The position numbers and the translations under genes were made by a program. The notes beneath the pieces are model-generated. The model saw only the letters and a list, made by a program, of their open reading frames with translations, was not told the DNA's origin and did not search any database. DNA of 64,000 bases, taken from NCBI RefSeq assembly GCF_003704095.1, contig NW_020844463.1, positions 124,001 to 188,000 of the forward strand. Reading direction: 5' to 3'. This document shows positions 12,001 to 23,700 of this stretch, piece by piece. The stretch is from Pocillopora damicornis (taxonomy: Eukaryota). The number at the start of each line of letters is the position of its first letter. Positions within the stretch are counted from its first letter, which is position 1.

Positions 12001-15000
12001 AACCTGATGTGCACCTTTTAGCAACATAAAAATGTCTTAATGCAGGACACGAAATGTCCTCTTTTTTTTGGCGTAATTTGAGCAGTTAGCTGGTTGTTTT
12101 GGTAGAGTTTGGTTTGGTTAAGTGAAAATCATCCTCTTATGCGAAAGGGCAGTGATGAAATGAAACATGTTAGCATGAATAACTCAGTCAAAACGTCCGG
12201 TACAAGAGCAAACCGCCTTCGAACGTGTGATATTGACTACTATTCGTCAAGAAGAGTTTCTAAATTTTCACATACTCAATTCTTTCCCCGCTTCCACGTG
12301 GATGTAAAACAAAAACAACGTTCAAATAGCTTTTATATAGTTTACCACTGAGATATCATCGTGAACTCCAGCAAAGTTTTGAAGCTCCGTGAGGCAAATC
12401 CTGAAAAAGCTAGTTGAAACATCTTCAAGCCAAACACTTGCAGCATCGTGCATTAATCCTGACCTGTAATGCTGAGCTGTTACAAGAACCGTTGGTGGAT
12501 CAGAATATTCTTCCTATTAAGAGTTGGAAAGAAATGTAAAGTTTTATTCTCAAGATAAGATATTTGAATGACATCGTAATCAGATAGCATTTTCACCCCT
12601 CGCTTTTAAAGCACGAATTTGAGATCCGCAGGCGTTACACAGCTCCGCTCTGGACACTCACCGCAGGAAGAGTGACTCTTTGACAAGTAGTTCTAGTCCA
12701 CCATCTGGAGAACTTCTCTTCTCCCGTTATTCCACCAGGCGGGGCACCTTGATAAGCAATCCAATCTACTGTAGCGAAACTGTTCGACGGATTGTCATTC
12801 CTACCAGCGCGAGTAACACAGGCTGTAAACTGGGTGGTATTTAAGTTCTCAACCCAAGATATAGTGGCTTCGTGAACAAACGTGTTATTAGAATAATTAA
12901 AGTGGTTAACGGTGAGTTGAATGTATATTTTGCTGTGGGGGTAAAACACAAATTGCTCAAATTTGATAATGTCACATTGATCTTCTGCCCAGGAAGGAAC
13001 ATTTTGGAACTGGTGCCTTCCTTTCTGGTACGGAAAACCTGCAATGAAACATAAAACACAACTAGCGCCTTTAAAAATTAAGATGGTTAGGGGTATTGTT
13101 TGTTTAAATCAATACTTAAGGTATTCTTGACGGGTGGATGCTCTCGCATTTCTCTTATCTACCAAATTATGCCTGCAGTGAAAACAATGCTACTTCGTAA
13201 ATGTATGTGTGTCTGCGTGTTTGTATCTTTGTCTATATTACTTTTCGTCTGCCTGTCTTTAAGCCTTTACGCTTGATGGAAACTGTGGATGAAACAGTAA
13301 TCAAACTTTAAAAGGTTGAAGCTTATTTATTTGAGATACCTGTGCAGCTCCCGGGATGATAGACAGTATAATTCGCTTTTGTTTCACATATCTCTTTTTT
13401 CAGCGTGCATAGATTCCTGAACGTCCGGCCATTAGAAGCACAGACTTGTTCTTCGTACGGTGGGCAGCTGCTGTTACAAACGCATGTAAATTGATGCGAT
13501 GACAGGGGAACACAGTGCGCGAAGTAGTCGCAGCTCTTATTTGTGCACGGGTTAATATCTACAAAAGTAAAAAAAAGCAGAACTTTTTAGCTTAGCAAGA
13601 ACAGCGTCCGCAGCGAGTACCTGAAGGTCAGAAATTCTCGAGAGCACAATGTTAATGTACTGCACAATCGGCAATGGTAAATTATTTATCTCAAAATGCA
13701 GCATTTGTGAAATTCTCTTAGAAATACCTCCTAAAGCCAAGTAGTTTACAGTAATGTTGTTTCTCTGAACGTTAAAGCCCGAGTCATCTTTGGTGCACAC
13801 TCGAAAGTGATGGTTGGTAACTTCCTTGAATGGGACAAAATATGAAAAGGTCACAATTTCATTTATTTAACGAATTATTTTGAATCCAATTGAGATAAAT
13901 AGAGCATGAAAGTAATGAAAACAAATTTTCTAGAGAAATAGTTAACAGGCGCAAAAAAATAAGAAGAAAAGAACCTTCTTGCTCAGAGAGATTACCTTGA
14001 CATTATTCTATAAAGGCAACTTTACCTCTAACCAAACAATAATCGATTTTCTCATCGAGCACATGCTGTTGTCGTCGCTTCTCTGACGCTCATTACCACA
14101 AGCAGTTGAGAGTACAACTGGTGGTGTGTAAAACGAAGTCGGAAAGCGCTCAATCTGAAAGATACAAGCAGTAGCAAACTCTTCGTTGCTTTGATTTGAA
14201 AGGTTGCCAATACAGGGAAGAAACGAAGAAAAAGCCAGATAAATGAATAGGAAACTTAACTCGCATTGATGGATAAAACAGACGAAAATATCAGTATAAA
14301 CTAGAAATGTGATGTTTTTTAAAGCCACCTCATCTCCTTATTGAAAAAATTAAGACAAAAACAGTTTAATTTATAGAAGAGCAATAAAAAAACTTAATTT
14401 GGCAAGAATACCTTGCACAGCGCGTAGTTTGTTTCTTCAGTCGGTACTTCATCCTCAAAAAACATGACTTGTGCTGACAGTTTTTCTCGCCATGACGACG
14501 GGTGATTATATTCATATGCCATCCAGTTCTAGCCAATGAGGTTAAAAATATAAGCGTCACAAAAACTTGGCTGATATCCAATATTCATTTAGATATAGGA
14601 TAATAATCGTGATAATAATCGAATAATTTTGATAATGATGACGACGATGATGATGATGATGATTTTTTTCATCATTATATTAATAATTATTAAAAAAATA
14701 ACGAGAAGGGTAATGATAAGGACACACGAATAACCCAAGTCGTAATTAGCAAAATACATGTTGCTACATTATTATGTTTAAAATAGGCTAAGAACATATT
14801 GCTCACCACCGTTAAGTTTCTATGAAGTCCTTCGAATTTCCTTGATTCCTTTAAACAGACTTCAAATTGACTCGTGGATATGCTTTCTAACCACACAATT
14901 GTTGCGTCTTTCCTTTGGTTTGGAGTATTATGAATAGCTGTCACGTGAACTTGGGGCACCAATGAAAATGCCTATATGAGGTAAATCGCATAAACATTAA

Positions 15001-17146
15001 ATTTTTTTCAAGGGAGGAAAAAAAGTCCTGTACTGAACTGTTTTTGCTTTTCTTCACCTTGTGACTGGTCTATAAAGATTGCGTCAGCTATTCGACTACC
15101 CAATAATCGCAACTTACCCCAGCGCGTTTACCCACGCCCCAAGGGGGTTGTGTTTTTAATTCAGTTACAGAAAGCTTTCATTATAACCCATACATTTCTA
15201 TCTATTTGTAATGCGCACTCAAATTTGTCCTCTGACTACAACATGGTTTATTTTGCTTGATCTCCCAATAGTTTTTATTATAATCCTTCAATTGTTTTTG
15301 CTTTTGCGCCGTTGGTCTCGACGCATCACGTCCCCAAGGGAAAGCTCATATCTCACAATTTTCCACGAGCTTTGCTCCTGGAAAATTGTTCGCATCTCAG
15401 AACAGGTAATGCCCACGTACAAACACCCGATCATATTTTCGCCCCAAGTGGAGGCTATTGATCACATATTATTATTCCAAGGTGGAGAGAGGTATCACGA
15501 GAGTAAAGATCTCGCCTGAAGTAACGCCACGTTCGCCCTTTTGTGGGAAATGATTGTGCTCTATTGGCTGGACAGCGTCAGGCATCTCGGTAACTAGTAT
15601 GCTCTATGTTTCATAGTCAAGTTGAACCAAAATACTGCAAACTGTTTTGAATTCATTTACTAGCTTACAACAACTAATACAACTAGAACGGCAGTATTTC
15701 AATCGAGTACGGTCGCAGAGTAAAATGTTCTCCGTACCAATACTGTTACCTCAACATTTCAATTTAGAATTTTAATATCTAATGTTATACTTTACCCGGG
15801 GAAATGTAACCAGGTTGCATTTTTTCTCCGTAGTAAATGGATCGATGCCAGTTTCACCATGATAAACTCCAGCCTGATGGCCCTGGAATGCAAACCAATC
15901 GATAGTCGTATTTCCCCCATAATCTTGACCACCTTGTACTAAGCAAGCCTTGAAATGGGTTGTCGTCACGTCTTCCACCCAAATAAACGCAAAATCGTGA
16001 ACGATGGATGAACTGTGGCCGTGGTTAGCAGTAACGAACACTCGAATAGGCATATGACCGGAGAATCTGCTACTAAATGGCACATATTGGCAATGAAAAC
16101 CATTTTCTCCGACCTGATGCATTTCAATTTTGCCCCTTTCGACTCCTAACCAATCAAAATTGAATTCAAAATCAAACAAGTAAATAAATAGATGAAGACA
16201 TGAAGTAAGTATTGATCATGATTGTTGTCAAATTCCATTTAGAAAATAGATGTTTCTTTTCCTGGCTTTAAATCTTAGACAGGGCCACAATGGTTTCCTT
16301 TCGGGTTACCCTTCAATTTAGTTAAGTGCCGGAGATCTTAAAACTTCCCTACGCTTTGCCTGGGCCGGTCAGATTTTTTGTTTGACCTTAGCTAACACAG
16401 GCGAGCGGAAAAGAGCGTCTCGCGCTGTTTTCAGTGCCAGGAAATTACATATTTCACAGGATTTATCGGACCATGTTGTGTCTGAGTATGTAATAATAAC
16501 AAAACAAAACCGGATTAAAGGCACAGGCGCAAGGTTTATTATTATAATATCCTAACAAATTCGTGCATCGATTTCTGATTGAATTTGCATTCCATATTGA
16601 TCTTCGTTATTATGTTAAAAGTGTATTCCGATGTTTTCACAATTGACTGAATAATAGATGACTTCCTCTCCGTCTATAAGGAAAGAGGGCAATCCCGCGG
16701 GGAAAGAGGTCATTTTTATCAAGACAATTACAAATAGAGCTTTTTTTAGGTTATTCGCAGTGATATACATATTCGTACAGCTTTCTTTTATTATATTTTT
16801 TTTGTTAATTTGTTTATTTATTTTTAAATTTTAAAGTTTTCAAAGAAAAATTTTGCCGATGTGAAATTTTAAAGTATGCCGCTCGATCGGGAAATAAAAA
16901 GAAAAATGAGCATAGTCCAAGAAAACGGTATATTTTGAAGAGGCGATTTCCGTACCCTTAATTTCCGTGCGCGCTATTTCAATCTGTTTTCAACTCATTC
17001 TTAGGAGAGGATTTCGACAGCTAAGGATGTTCTCTAAAAATTCAAGCAAATAAAATCACTTAAGAAAGCTATGTACCTCCAGAGTCTTCGATGATGAGAC
17101 AGCAGTAAACCAAAAGGAATACGCCTCTCTTTGTTAAGAAGGACAT
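2191..17146 (-). CDS. Paralog A: multi-exon lectin/scavenger-receptor-like protein (signal peptide, 3x H-lectin-like, follistatin/Kazal, 3x H-lectin-like, C-type lectin, 10x EGF-Ca, at least 2 CUB); 3' end lost in gaps
   Basis: Exons with AG/GT ends and consistent phase: 17146-17077, 16145-15796, 14971-14807, 14528-14412, 14154-14026, 13824-13728, 13558-13340, 13038-12662, 12513-12346, 11976-11866, 11322-11206, 10519-10429, 9675-9301, 8857-8735, 8330-8205, 8098-7973, 7575-7450, 6948-6823, 6428-6303, 6171-6046, 5365-5240, 4735-4610, 3794-3669, 3099-gap, gap-2191. No in-frame stops seen. Confidence 0.88.
3669..8857 (-). CDS. Paralog A: ten Ca-binding EGF exons (one of 123 nt, nine of 126 nt; all phase 1-1)
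   Basis: Each starts with D[VEY]DEC or a close variant and has six Cys plus the CxNxxGS[YF]xCxC motif, e.g. [42 protein letters not shown]. Confidence 0.92.
4820..5110. repeat. Intronic tandem duplication of about 160 bp containing (TACA)n
   Basis: caaactragtgac..agtctcc.aatagtcatgaaaaaaa...atctcaatgtta...tacataaactttatttaaa.acaaatttgagtgtagctaaaaaag occurs twice. Confidence 0.8.
9301..9675 (-). CDS. Paralog A C-type lectin domain exon
   Basis: CEDDW..NGYCY...SWLGLSD...FVWSD...WADGQPNN...DCV...WNDVNC...FTCKK. Confidence 0.93.
10429..13038 (-). CDS. Paralog A second triplet of H-type-lectin-like domains (5 exons)
   Basis: Three units of about 95 aa with pattern C-x2-[VI]-x-F...P-x-V-x-[VI]T-x2-H...W-[LIV]-E...F-x2-C...V-x-[WY]. 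The exons are well supported; the fold assignment is inferred. Confidence 0.75.
13340..13558 (-). CDS. Paralog A follistatin (FOLN + Kazal) exon
   Basis: Ten Cys: [13 protein letters not shown]...[34 protein letters not shown]...HPGSC. Confidence 0.9.
13728..16145 (-). CDS. Paralog A first triplet of H-type-lectin-like domains (5 exons)
   Basis: e.g. CNLVTFPR|[55 protein letters not shown]|NWMAY. Confidence 0.75.
17077..17146 (-). CDS. Paralog A exon 1 (signal peptide)
   Basis: ATG at 17146: [23 protein letters not shown] then G|gtacat. Phase 1 matches exon 2. Confidence 0.8.
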
Positions 17147-17187
17147 GGTTCGGTGCTTAGATGTGATCAGTACAGACCAGCGATGAA

Positions 17188-17223
17188 AACTGACTCAGAC
17201 AAATATGAGAAAAAGTCTTTATA
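17188..17223 (-). promoter_or_regulatory. TATA box and initiator of paralog A
   Basis: Minus-strand TATAAA at 17223-17218 and TCAGTT at 17193-17188. The initiator A is 32 nt from the first T of the TATA box and 45 nt upstream of the ATG. Confidence 0.65.
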
Positions 17224-18177
17224 AGAAATGTAGCTAAATATGGAATGACAGCTGACAAATCTTGGTTCCGCAAGGAAATCATTCAAGTAATTTTTTTTCA
17301 TTTATTTCTATAGTTATCATTTCCTGCCTGCCGATACTTTTGATGAACGGTTATTTTTATTTGGGTCTTATCACTACGGCAACTTTGCTCAGAAATGATC
17401 TTCGTTAAGCGATTATATGGTGATCATAAGGTTACATGGATGAACGAAGTTTCTCCGATTTTCTCTGTTCTTATGAACTCAGACATTTGAAACGTTTGGC
17501 CTGAAGTCGCACCGCTGATAGATGTCGTTTTTAAGCGAGGGCTGGTAAAATCTCAGAGATCATTTAATTATCTGTGTTGTTCCGAATTTTTATGAACGTC
17601 GCCGAGCAAGTTATGAGTATTATCGAATGGAAACGGTTGTTCGTTTTTCAGACTGAAACTAGAAATACGTTATAAGTTTGCATGTTTAATAAAATTATGA
17701 GATTAATAATAAATGATAATTGTCATGTCTGTGATTAAATAAATAAAAAATAGCGATAGAGTAGAGATAGCTACTTTTGTCAACATAAATTTAAAGTGGT
17801 TGACATAGAGACAAAGGTCACAACGAAATAACATTGCGATGGGCTGGTTATGTTATTCCGCTCCTTCTTCGTTTTCCTTTTCCTCGTAGTCTCTAATGAT
17901 GCACACGCAATGAAACGCTGATCAAATTCAGGTTATTAATAAACATATCATGCGAGAAATTTGCTTCATCACTACTATTTTTTCACAGTACATAATACCT
18001 CCTTTTAAAAAATGTGATGCGTTACCAGTCACGCCAACCTCACACCCACAAGAAACTTGTTGAAGTCGTTTTAAGAGTTTGGAAGGAGTTCGAATCGCTA
18101 ATGTTTTTTTCGGGAAATACAGGACGGATATCCTTTTTTTGTAAGAGAGTTATGTCTCTATATATGATAAAAAGGTA

Positions 18178-18290
18178 ACAACTTTTCACTGAACTAGAGG
18201 TGGCTAGTGCCGGATATTTACCGAACCGCAAAGCTGCGAGGTAAATATCGGCACCACTTTCGATCAATACTGATGTGAATATTTGTTTAA
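18178..18290. repeat. Short palindromic MITE-like repeat
   Basis: Inverted arms GTGCCgGATATTTACC...GGTAAATATCGGCAC. Confidence 0.55.
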
Positions 18291-18763
18291 GTATATACAA
18301 AAAATACAGTTCGTTCACTCAGTTTGTGAACCAAGAGCGGTTTAAAGAATATCAAAATGATGAAATGACATCGGCCGTCTAGTTATAGTAGACATAATGT
18401 GAGGCTTAAGGGGACACGCAAACGTAGTTTCTACGACCCGTCCGATATCAGCAGATCCCTTAACTGCCGACTTCCAAATGCAATGATTTCCACCGAAATT
18501 TGAAACACGGAGAACAATTAACTAGAACTCCTTCCGGTTGATTTATTTTCATGCGCAATATATTTTTTTTGTTGTCACGGTCTACATAAAACGTTCCTGA
18601 GCGACAAACTCAAAGTTTCCCCCCAAAATCAAAGCCAAGGTGAGTAAATTGGTTTGATGTAGTCATTTATGTGATGCTTATAAATTCAGTTGCGTGATGA
18701 GGTAGATAGGGACCACAAAAAGGAATAGAGAGTGAAAAAGAGTCTAAGGTAGATATCAGTATA

Positions 18764-19756
18764 GAGGGAGCACTGGGATTTTCGGTTTTGCGGTTTTAGC
18801 TATTTTTTAGATCGGTTTTTCGGTTTTTGTGCCGAAAAGCTTCGGTTTCTCGGTTTTGGTGTTCGTTGCGGTTTGCAGATTTTCCATATTTTAGCATTTG
18901 GCTTTCGGTTTTCGCGAAAAATATTGACGGGTTTTAGGATTTGATATTCGATGCGGTTTTCAGTTTTTTGTATTTGACCTAATTTGGTTCAGGTTTCTCT
19001 TTGATCTGAGCGGCAATTACGCGCCTCCAGAGATCTCGAATAGCAGCTAAACACAAATGTTATCGAGAGGAATGTGTGACAAACCAATTGAAATATCGCA
19101 GGGATCCCTAGGTAGCCTACGTGCAGGGGTGGGGGGGGTGGGGAGGGGAGGGTACGGCTACACGAAGGGTTATGCTAAGCGCGGAACATTGCTAGAGTTT
19201 CTTTATCAATGCCACCTCGAAGTTGGCGACCAAGTTACAGGCCACACGTGACTGATTGATTCAACATTCCAATACAATCTCCAAACTTATCAGGTCTTAG
19301 TTCGCAAATGGAAATGTTAGATTAGAGATTTTCGATGAAACTTTCCAGAGCTATAGCTTTTTGCGACTGCAAAATTGCAACCCTGTAGAGGACTTTTGTG
19401 CGAATTTCCTTAATTTAATTAGGCTCCATTACCAGCGGCTGAGTCCGCAAAGACCACGCCCGAGGTCCTCGAGAGAGCAGCTGTTAATTTAAGCAGATAT
19501 TAGAGGATACGAATGCCAAGTCCATGGCATTCATAAATTCTGTAATGAAATTAGTGTAGTTAATTACTCTGTATGCTCCACTTGTCATCACTGTATCAGA
19601 TCGATCAGGGTTGTAATAACTGGGATGTGAAAATGTATCGGTTTTGACAGTTTTGCACGCGGTTTTCGGTTTTGATCGAATTTTTTTTCGGTTTTTTGGT
19701 TTTGGATGATTTTTTCTACGGTTTTGTGGTTTCTAATAGGCCCCAAAGCCCCCCTC
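18764..19756. mobile_element. Non-autonomous DNA transposon/MITE with subterminal CGGTTTT arrays
   Basis: Imperfect terminal inverted repeats GAGGGAGCACTGGG / CCCAAAGCCCCCCTC. Dense CGGTTTT motifs at both ends. No transposase ORF. Confidence 0.65.
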
Positions 19757-20605
19757 AATATAAATACATACAAATAGATGATTGGGCTTTGTACGAAAGT
19801 AATTCATTTCGGAAGAGTTCAGTCTGTCAGTGTGTCTAAGCCTAAGATGAGGCTGAATTTTCAAAAACTTCCAAATAGAATGAAAGCACCGCCTCATGTT
19901 TAAAATAAAATATGCGTTTTTTTCCGATTACAACGAACGAAAGTGATATATAGAATAGAAAATTTTAATTATCTTCTATTTGTGCCTACATTTACATGGA
20001 AAACAAAGATTTCAGTGGCTGTGAGCATTTCAGGGTAGTTCAGCACTAATATCTCCTCTATTATCTCTCGCCTTGTTCGATAGTCAGTTGGCCCTTAGAA
20101 TCTATGTAGTTGTATTGCATCTTATTCTCCGAGCTATAAATTGTCAATCATAGTCTATTTTAACCTCTCACCGTTCGAAATCAGGAAGATTTACCTCTAT
20201 ATATAGTACCCAAAACTGTGCGTTTTTGCATCCCCGAATACTCAGCTACGACTGTAAATTGTATAGGGTATATATAGTATGATTTATTTCTATTGAATTC
20301 TAGGACCTACTGGTACAAAGGATAATATGCCATAGGTTATTCTCCGCAAAAAATGGATGAAATAAAATAAAATTTTCATAAGAATTCAAAAATGCCGTTA
20401 GATACTGATCTCTTTACACTCTCCAGCAAATCTTTCTTAAAGACGAAACATTTCGCACTTCAAACATTAAACATATAAATCTACCGGCAAATAAAACTTA
20501 ATTTTCGTTTTAGTTTGTTTAAGTGATGAGCCAAATCTGCAAGGGCGAATTTCAGTAGCCAATAATCTACCTAGTATCTATCTACAAGCTTTTCAGCTGT
20601 TGTTA

Positions 20606-20755
20606 TTAATTATAACGGAGACACCGTCTCAAATAAAGTTTGACTGCTGCTGCTATTATGACTAAAAATATTATTACCACGACCTGCACTACTATTACAG
20701 TTGACAAGATATCAAAATCATGAGTTTTCGAGGGTGTTTTGATATCAGTTGACGT
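20606..20755 (-). CDS. Paralog B in-frame post-stop extension (49 aa): linker, TM helix, basic tail
   Basis: TGA then TSTDIKTPSKTHDFDILSTVIVVQVVVIIFLVIIAAAVKLYLRRCLRYN then TAA. Confidence 0.7.
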   Translation of the reverse strand, partial: TSTDIKTPSKTHDFDILSTVIVVQVVVIIFLVIIAAAVKLYLRRCLRYN

Positions 20756-23700
20756 TCAAATATTACATTCAACACCTGCATCCTCAGCGTGCGAGCAATA
20801 GCGAGATGAACCGTATGGACAGTCCAGCAATGATTTTTCGTCCCCTTTGCATCTGACAAGGTTTCTATGGATAGGACCGGAACCTTGACCGTAAATTGCG
20901 CTTCCACGCGCTCTGTGTGCGCCTTTGTAACCTAGCTGACGGCAGATGACTGTTGCATCATTCATGTCCCATTTGTGATCACAGATAGTTCCCCACTGCC
21001 CTCCTATTAGAACCTCTACGCGGCCATATTTTCTACCTCCGGATATCCTTACATTGGTAGAACCAAAACTGCACTTCATGCTGGCGTCTTGTTTATGAGT
21101 ACAATCGTGGTCTCCCCATTTTCGTTTATTGCACTTGTGGAGATGAGTCTCACCCCCTGAGCAGCGCACGTCGTCAAGCCAGATTGGTCCACTTCCTTCG
21201 CCATGTGCAGCGCTCGTAAACGCCCTATCAGCAAGTTTGAAGCCAAGCTCTCTACAAACTACGTTAGCAGCGTTACGGTCCCAGTTGTCATGGCAGACGG
21301 TCCCCCATTTACCATCGTAGAAAATTTCCACTCTGCCAGTAAACTTGTTGTGCGAAGAGGTGCTATTCATACGCACACTGCCATCCGTTATTGCTATCAA
21401 TAAAATTAAATAAGATATATTTTGGATAAAAAAAAAATAATAATCGTAGAGGGAAGAAGGGCAAGCAAAAAAAAACCGGACCCCCACCCCCCTCGTTGGC
21501 TCAAGGTCTGCATCCGCCACTGATACTCTTAAAAAAACAAAGACTGTACTTGAATCACAAAAACCAATTCTTGTGCCCCTTAAGCCACTGTACATTTCTC
21601 TATTCGCTAAGAGCGAAAATTATGTTTTAAATCCACGCAGAATACACCACATAGCATGTATTTTGGTGGACAAGTTTATAACTTAGTCGAATACGGCGAA
21701 TTCTTTGAAAGGTAAATTAAAAAAAGGATGTGAGTGAACTTTCAATGATAGGGTCAACTGAGGGACAGTAACTTATTCAGCAAAATCGAAAAAAACCTTA
21801 CATGATAAAACAACAAAGCCAATATATGCATCAATTCTTTTCTAAAGGCTTGCCTATCACAAGTAAACTGGTATAATGTCCATTTAACGGCGTATCTCAA
21901 TACCCATTCCTGATTAGAAAACTTCATAAAATAACGCCCCTATATATACACACCGCGCTTGGTTAACTCACGCTGTCTCTTCTCAGATAGTGACAGTAAA
22001 CCGTACGCCTTGTTTTCGTTTATACAGGACCTCATTTAAACTAGCTTAAAGCTGAACTGGGTCAGCCAGCACAAATAATATACAATACATACGTACAACC
22101 TACCTCGATATTCTGCCAAAAATCCTCTATATTCTTTACTAGCATCAGATTCAAATCTCACAAAAAGATTATTGAATGTGCTTGTGAACGATTCCTGGGG
22201 GGTAGTGTCTCCAAACAAAGTACCAATCACAGGAGCAGAAGCTGATCCACCATCGTGCATGAAGACCTTATCTTGCTTATCCTCAGTGTCCAAACGTAAA
22301 AAGACAAGATCAATTTGTCCATTTGACGTTATATTCCATGTGCAGTTCATGTTACTTTTGTATTTAGTAGCCTTTGAATTATCAATTGGCTCGATGTACC
22401 CTGCTGAATTTGATAGCCATATTGTTGTATCGGCACAGGAAGAAGTTACCGTCGCGTAAGGTGCTGTAAAAGTAGCGAGAGTATATTTTTAAAGATGATT
22501 TTGTCCTGATAAGTCGATATGTTCTACATAGGTGTGTGAATGACGCGTGAATTTTTCAGTCTGGGATCAGATGTTCCGTCTCAGCGTTTTTTGCTATCAA
22601 AACATAGACGCTATTGATCAAGGGCAGTTTAAATAAGGTTTCAAAGGGGATAACCAACAGCCGAATTTTAACTATTATAAGAAAAAAAAAGTTACTGTAA
22701 AAACCTTCCTTTAAACCATAACGGAAAGAACTTTAAAATGGCCGTATAAACCGTCACCCCACTGAGATCCTCTTTAAGAAATGAAATAATTTGCCTCGCA
22801 TGTAAGCAAAGTGACACCAATCAGTAAAGCAGTTGCTGCAGGAATAAATTGTGAGAAAATTTGTCGATGAAATCGGTGTTTTGTGAATAAATGATTGAAA
22901 CTAGGACGTTAGAGAAAGTCACAATAGGAAAAAAAAGCGTCATGGGAAACGGAGGCATCAAACGAAAAGTTTAAACATTTTTCAGCAGGAGATTCGCAAT
23001 TAACTGTTGGAAACTTACCCCCACATTCTTTAACGATTCCTGCCAGGCCGGTTCCTGCCAGGCCAAGTTCACATCTACATCTATAGGAACCAGGAACATT
23101 CTCGCAGGTCGATTTGGCAGGGCAGGTATAAAAACTGCTTCCCAGGTCGCACTCCTTCCAGTCTGTTTCCCACGGAAAAAAAAAGGAAAAAAAAGTGTTT
23201 GCACACTTTAACTACAACATATTCATATCTCAAGATCACAATAACTTGGTTTTATTCCAAATATCAAACAGTTTGATTGGTTTTTTTTTCTAGTGTTAAA
23301 TGTTGAAATAATCTGCCATAGGGTTGAAAATATCAACTCGCTGTTGACTGAGTTATTCTGTTAGTCATAATTTAAATCAAGATACCTTCACATTTTTTGT
23401 TTGCATCCAGAAAGAATCCTTTATTGCATTGGCAGTCGTAACCGTCAGGCTCATTAACGCAATGAGAATCAGCTGGGCAGTCATAATTTTTGTCAGCACA
23501 TTCATCATAATCTGTAAAAGAAAGCAAACACAAAATGGTTATTCAGTTTCTTATTATGGTTATAGCAGGTGAAATAAATAAAAAACAGTCTATGACTGCA
23601 TGTGCCTACTGCTGTATAGCTGTGTAGTACTGCAGTGTAGTAAAGCAATGTTGTATAATTTCCTTTTCATCCTTTTTATTTTAAAAGACCGGTTGCAAAA

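Noticed and set aside
12662-13059. Apparent frameshift in exon 8 of A suggested by two overlapping ORFs
   Set aside because: Reading from the acceptor at 13038 gives one continuous frame of 377 nt, the same as in D.
20700-20790. Alternative splicing around the TGA as the source of the TM isoform
   Set aside because: No donor/acceptor pair is conserved between B and D, and B has no AG before the TM. Disfavoured, but not excluded without RNA-seq.
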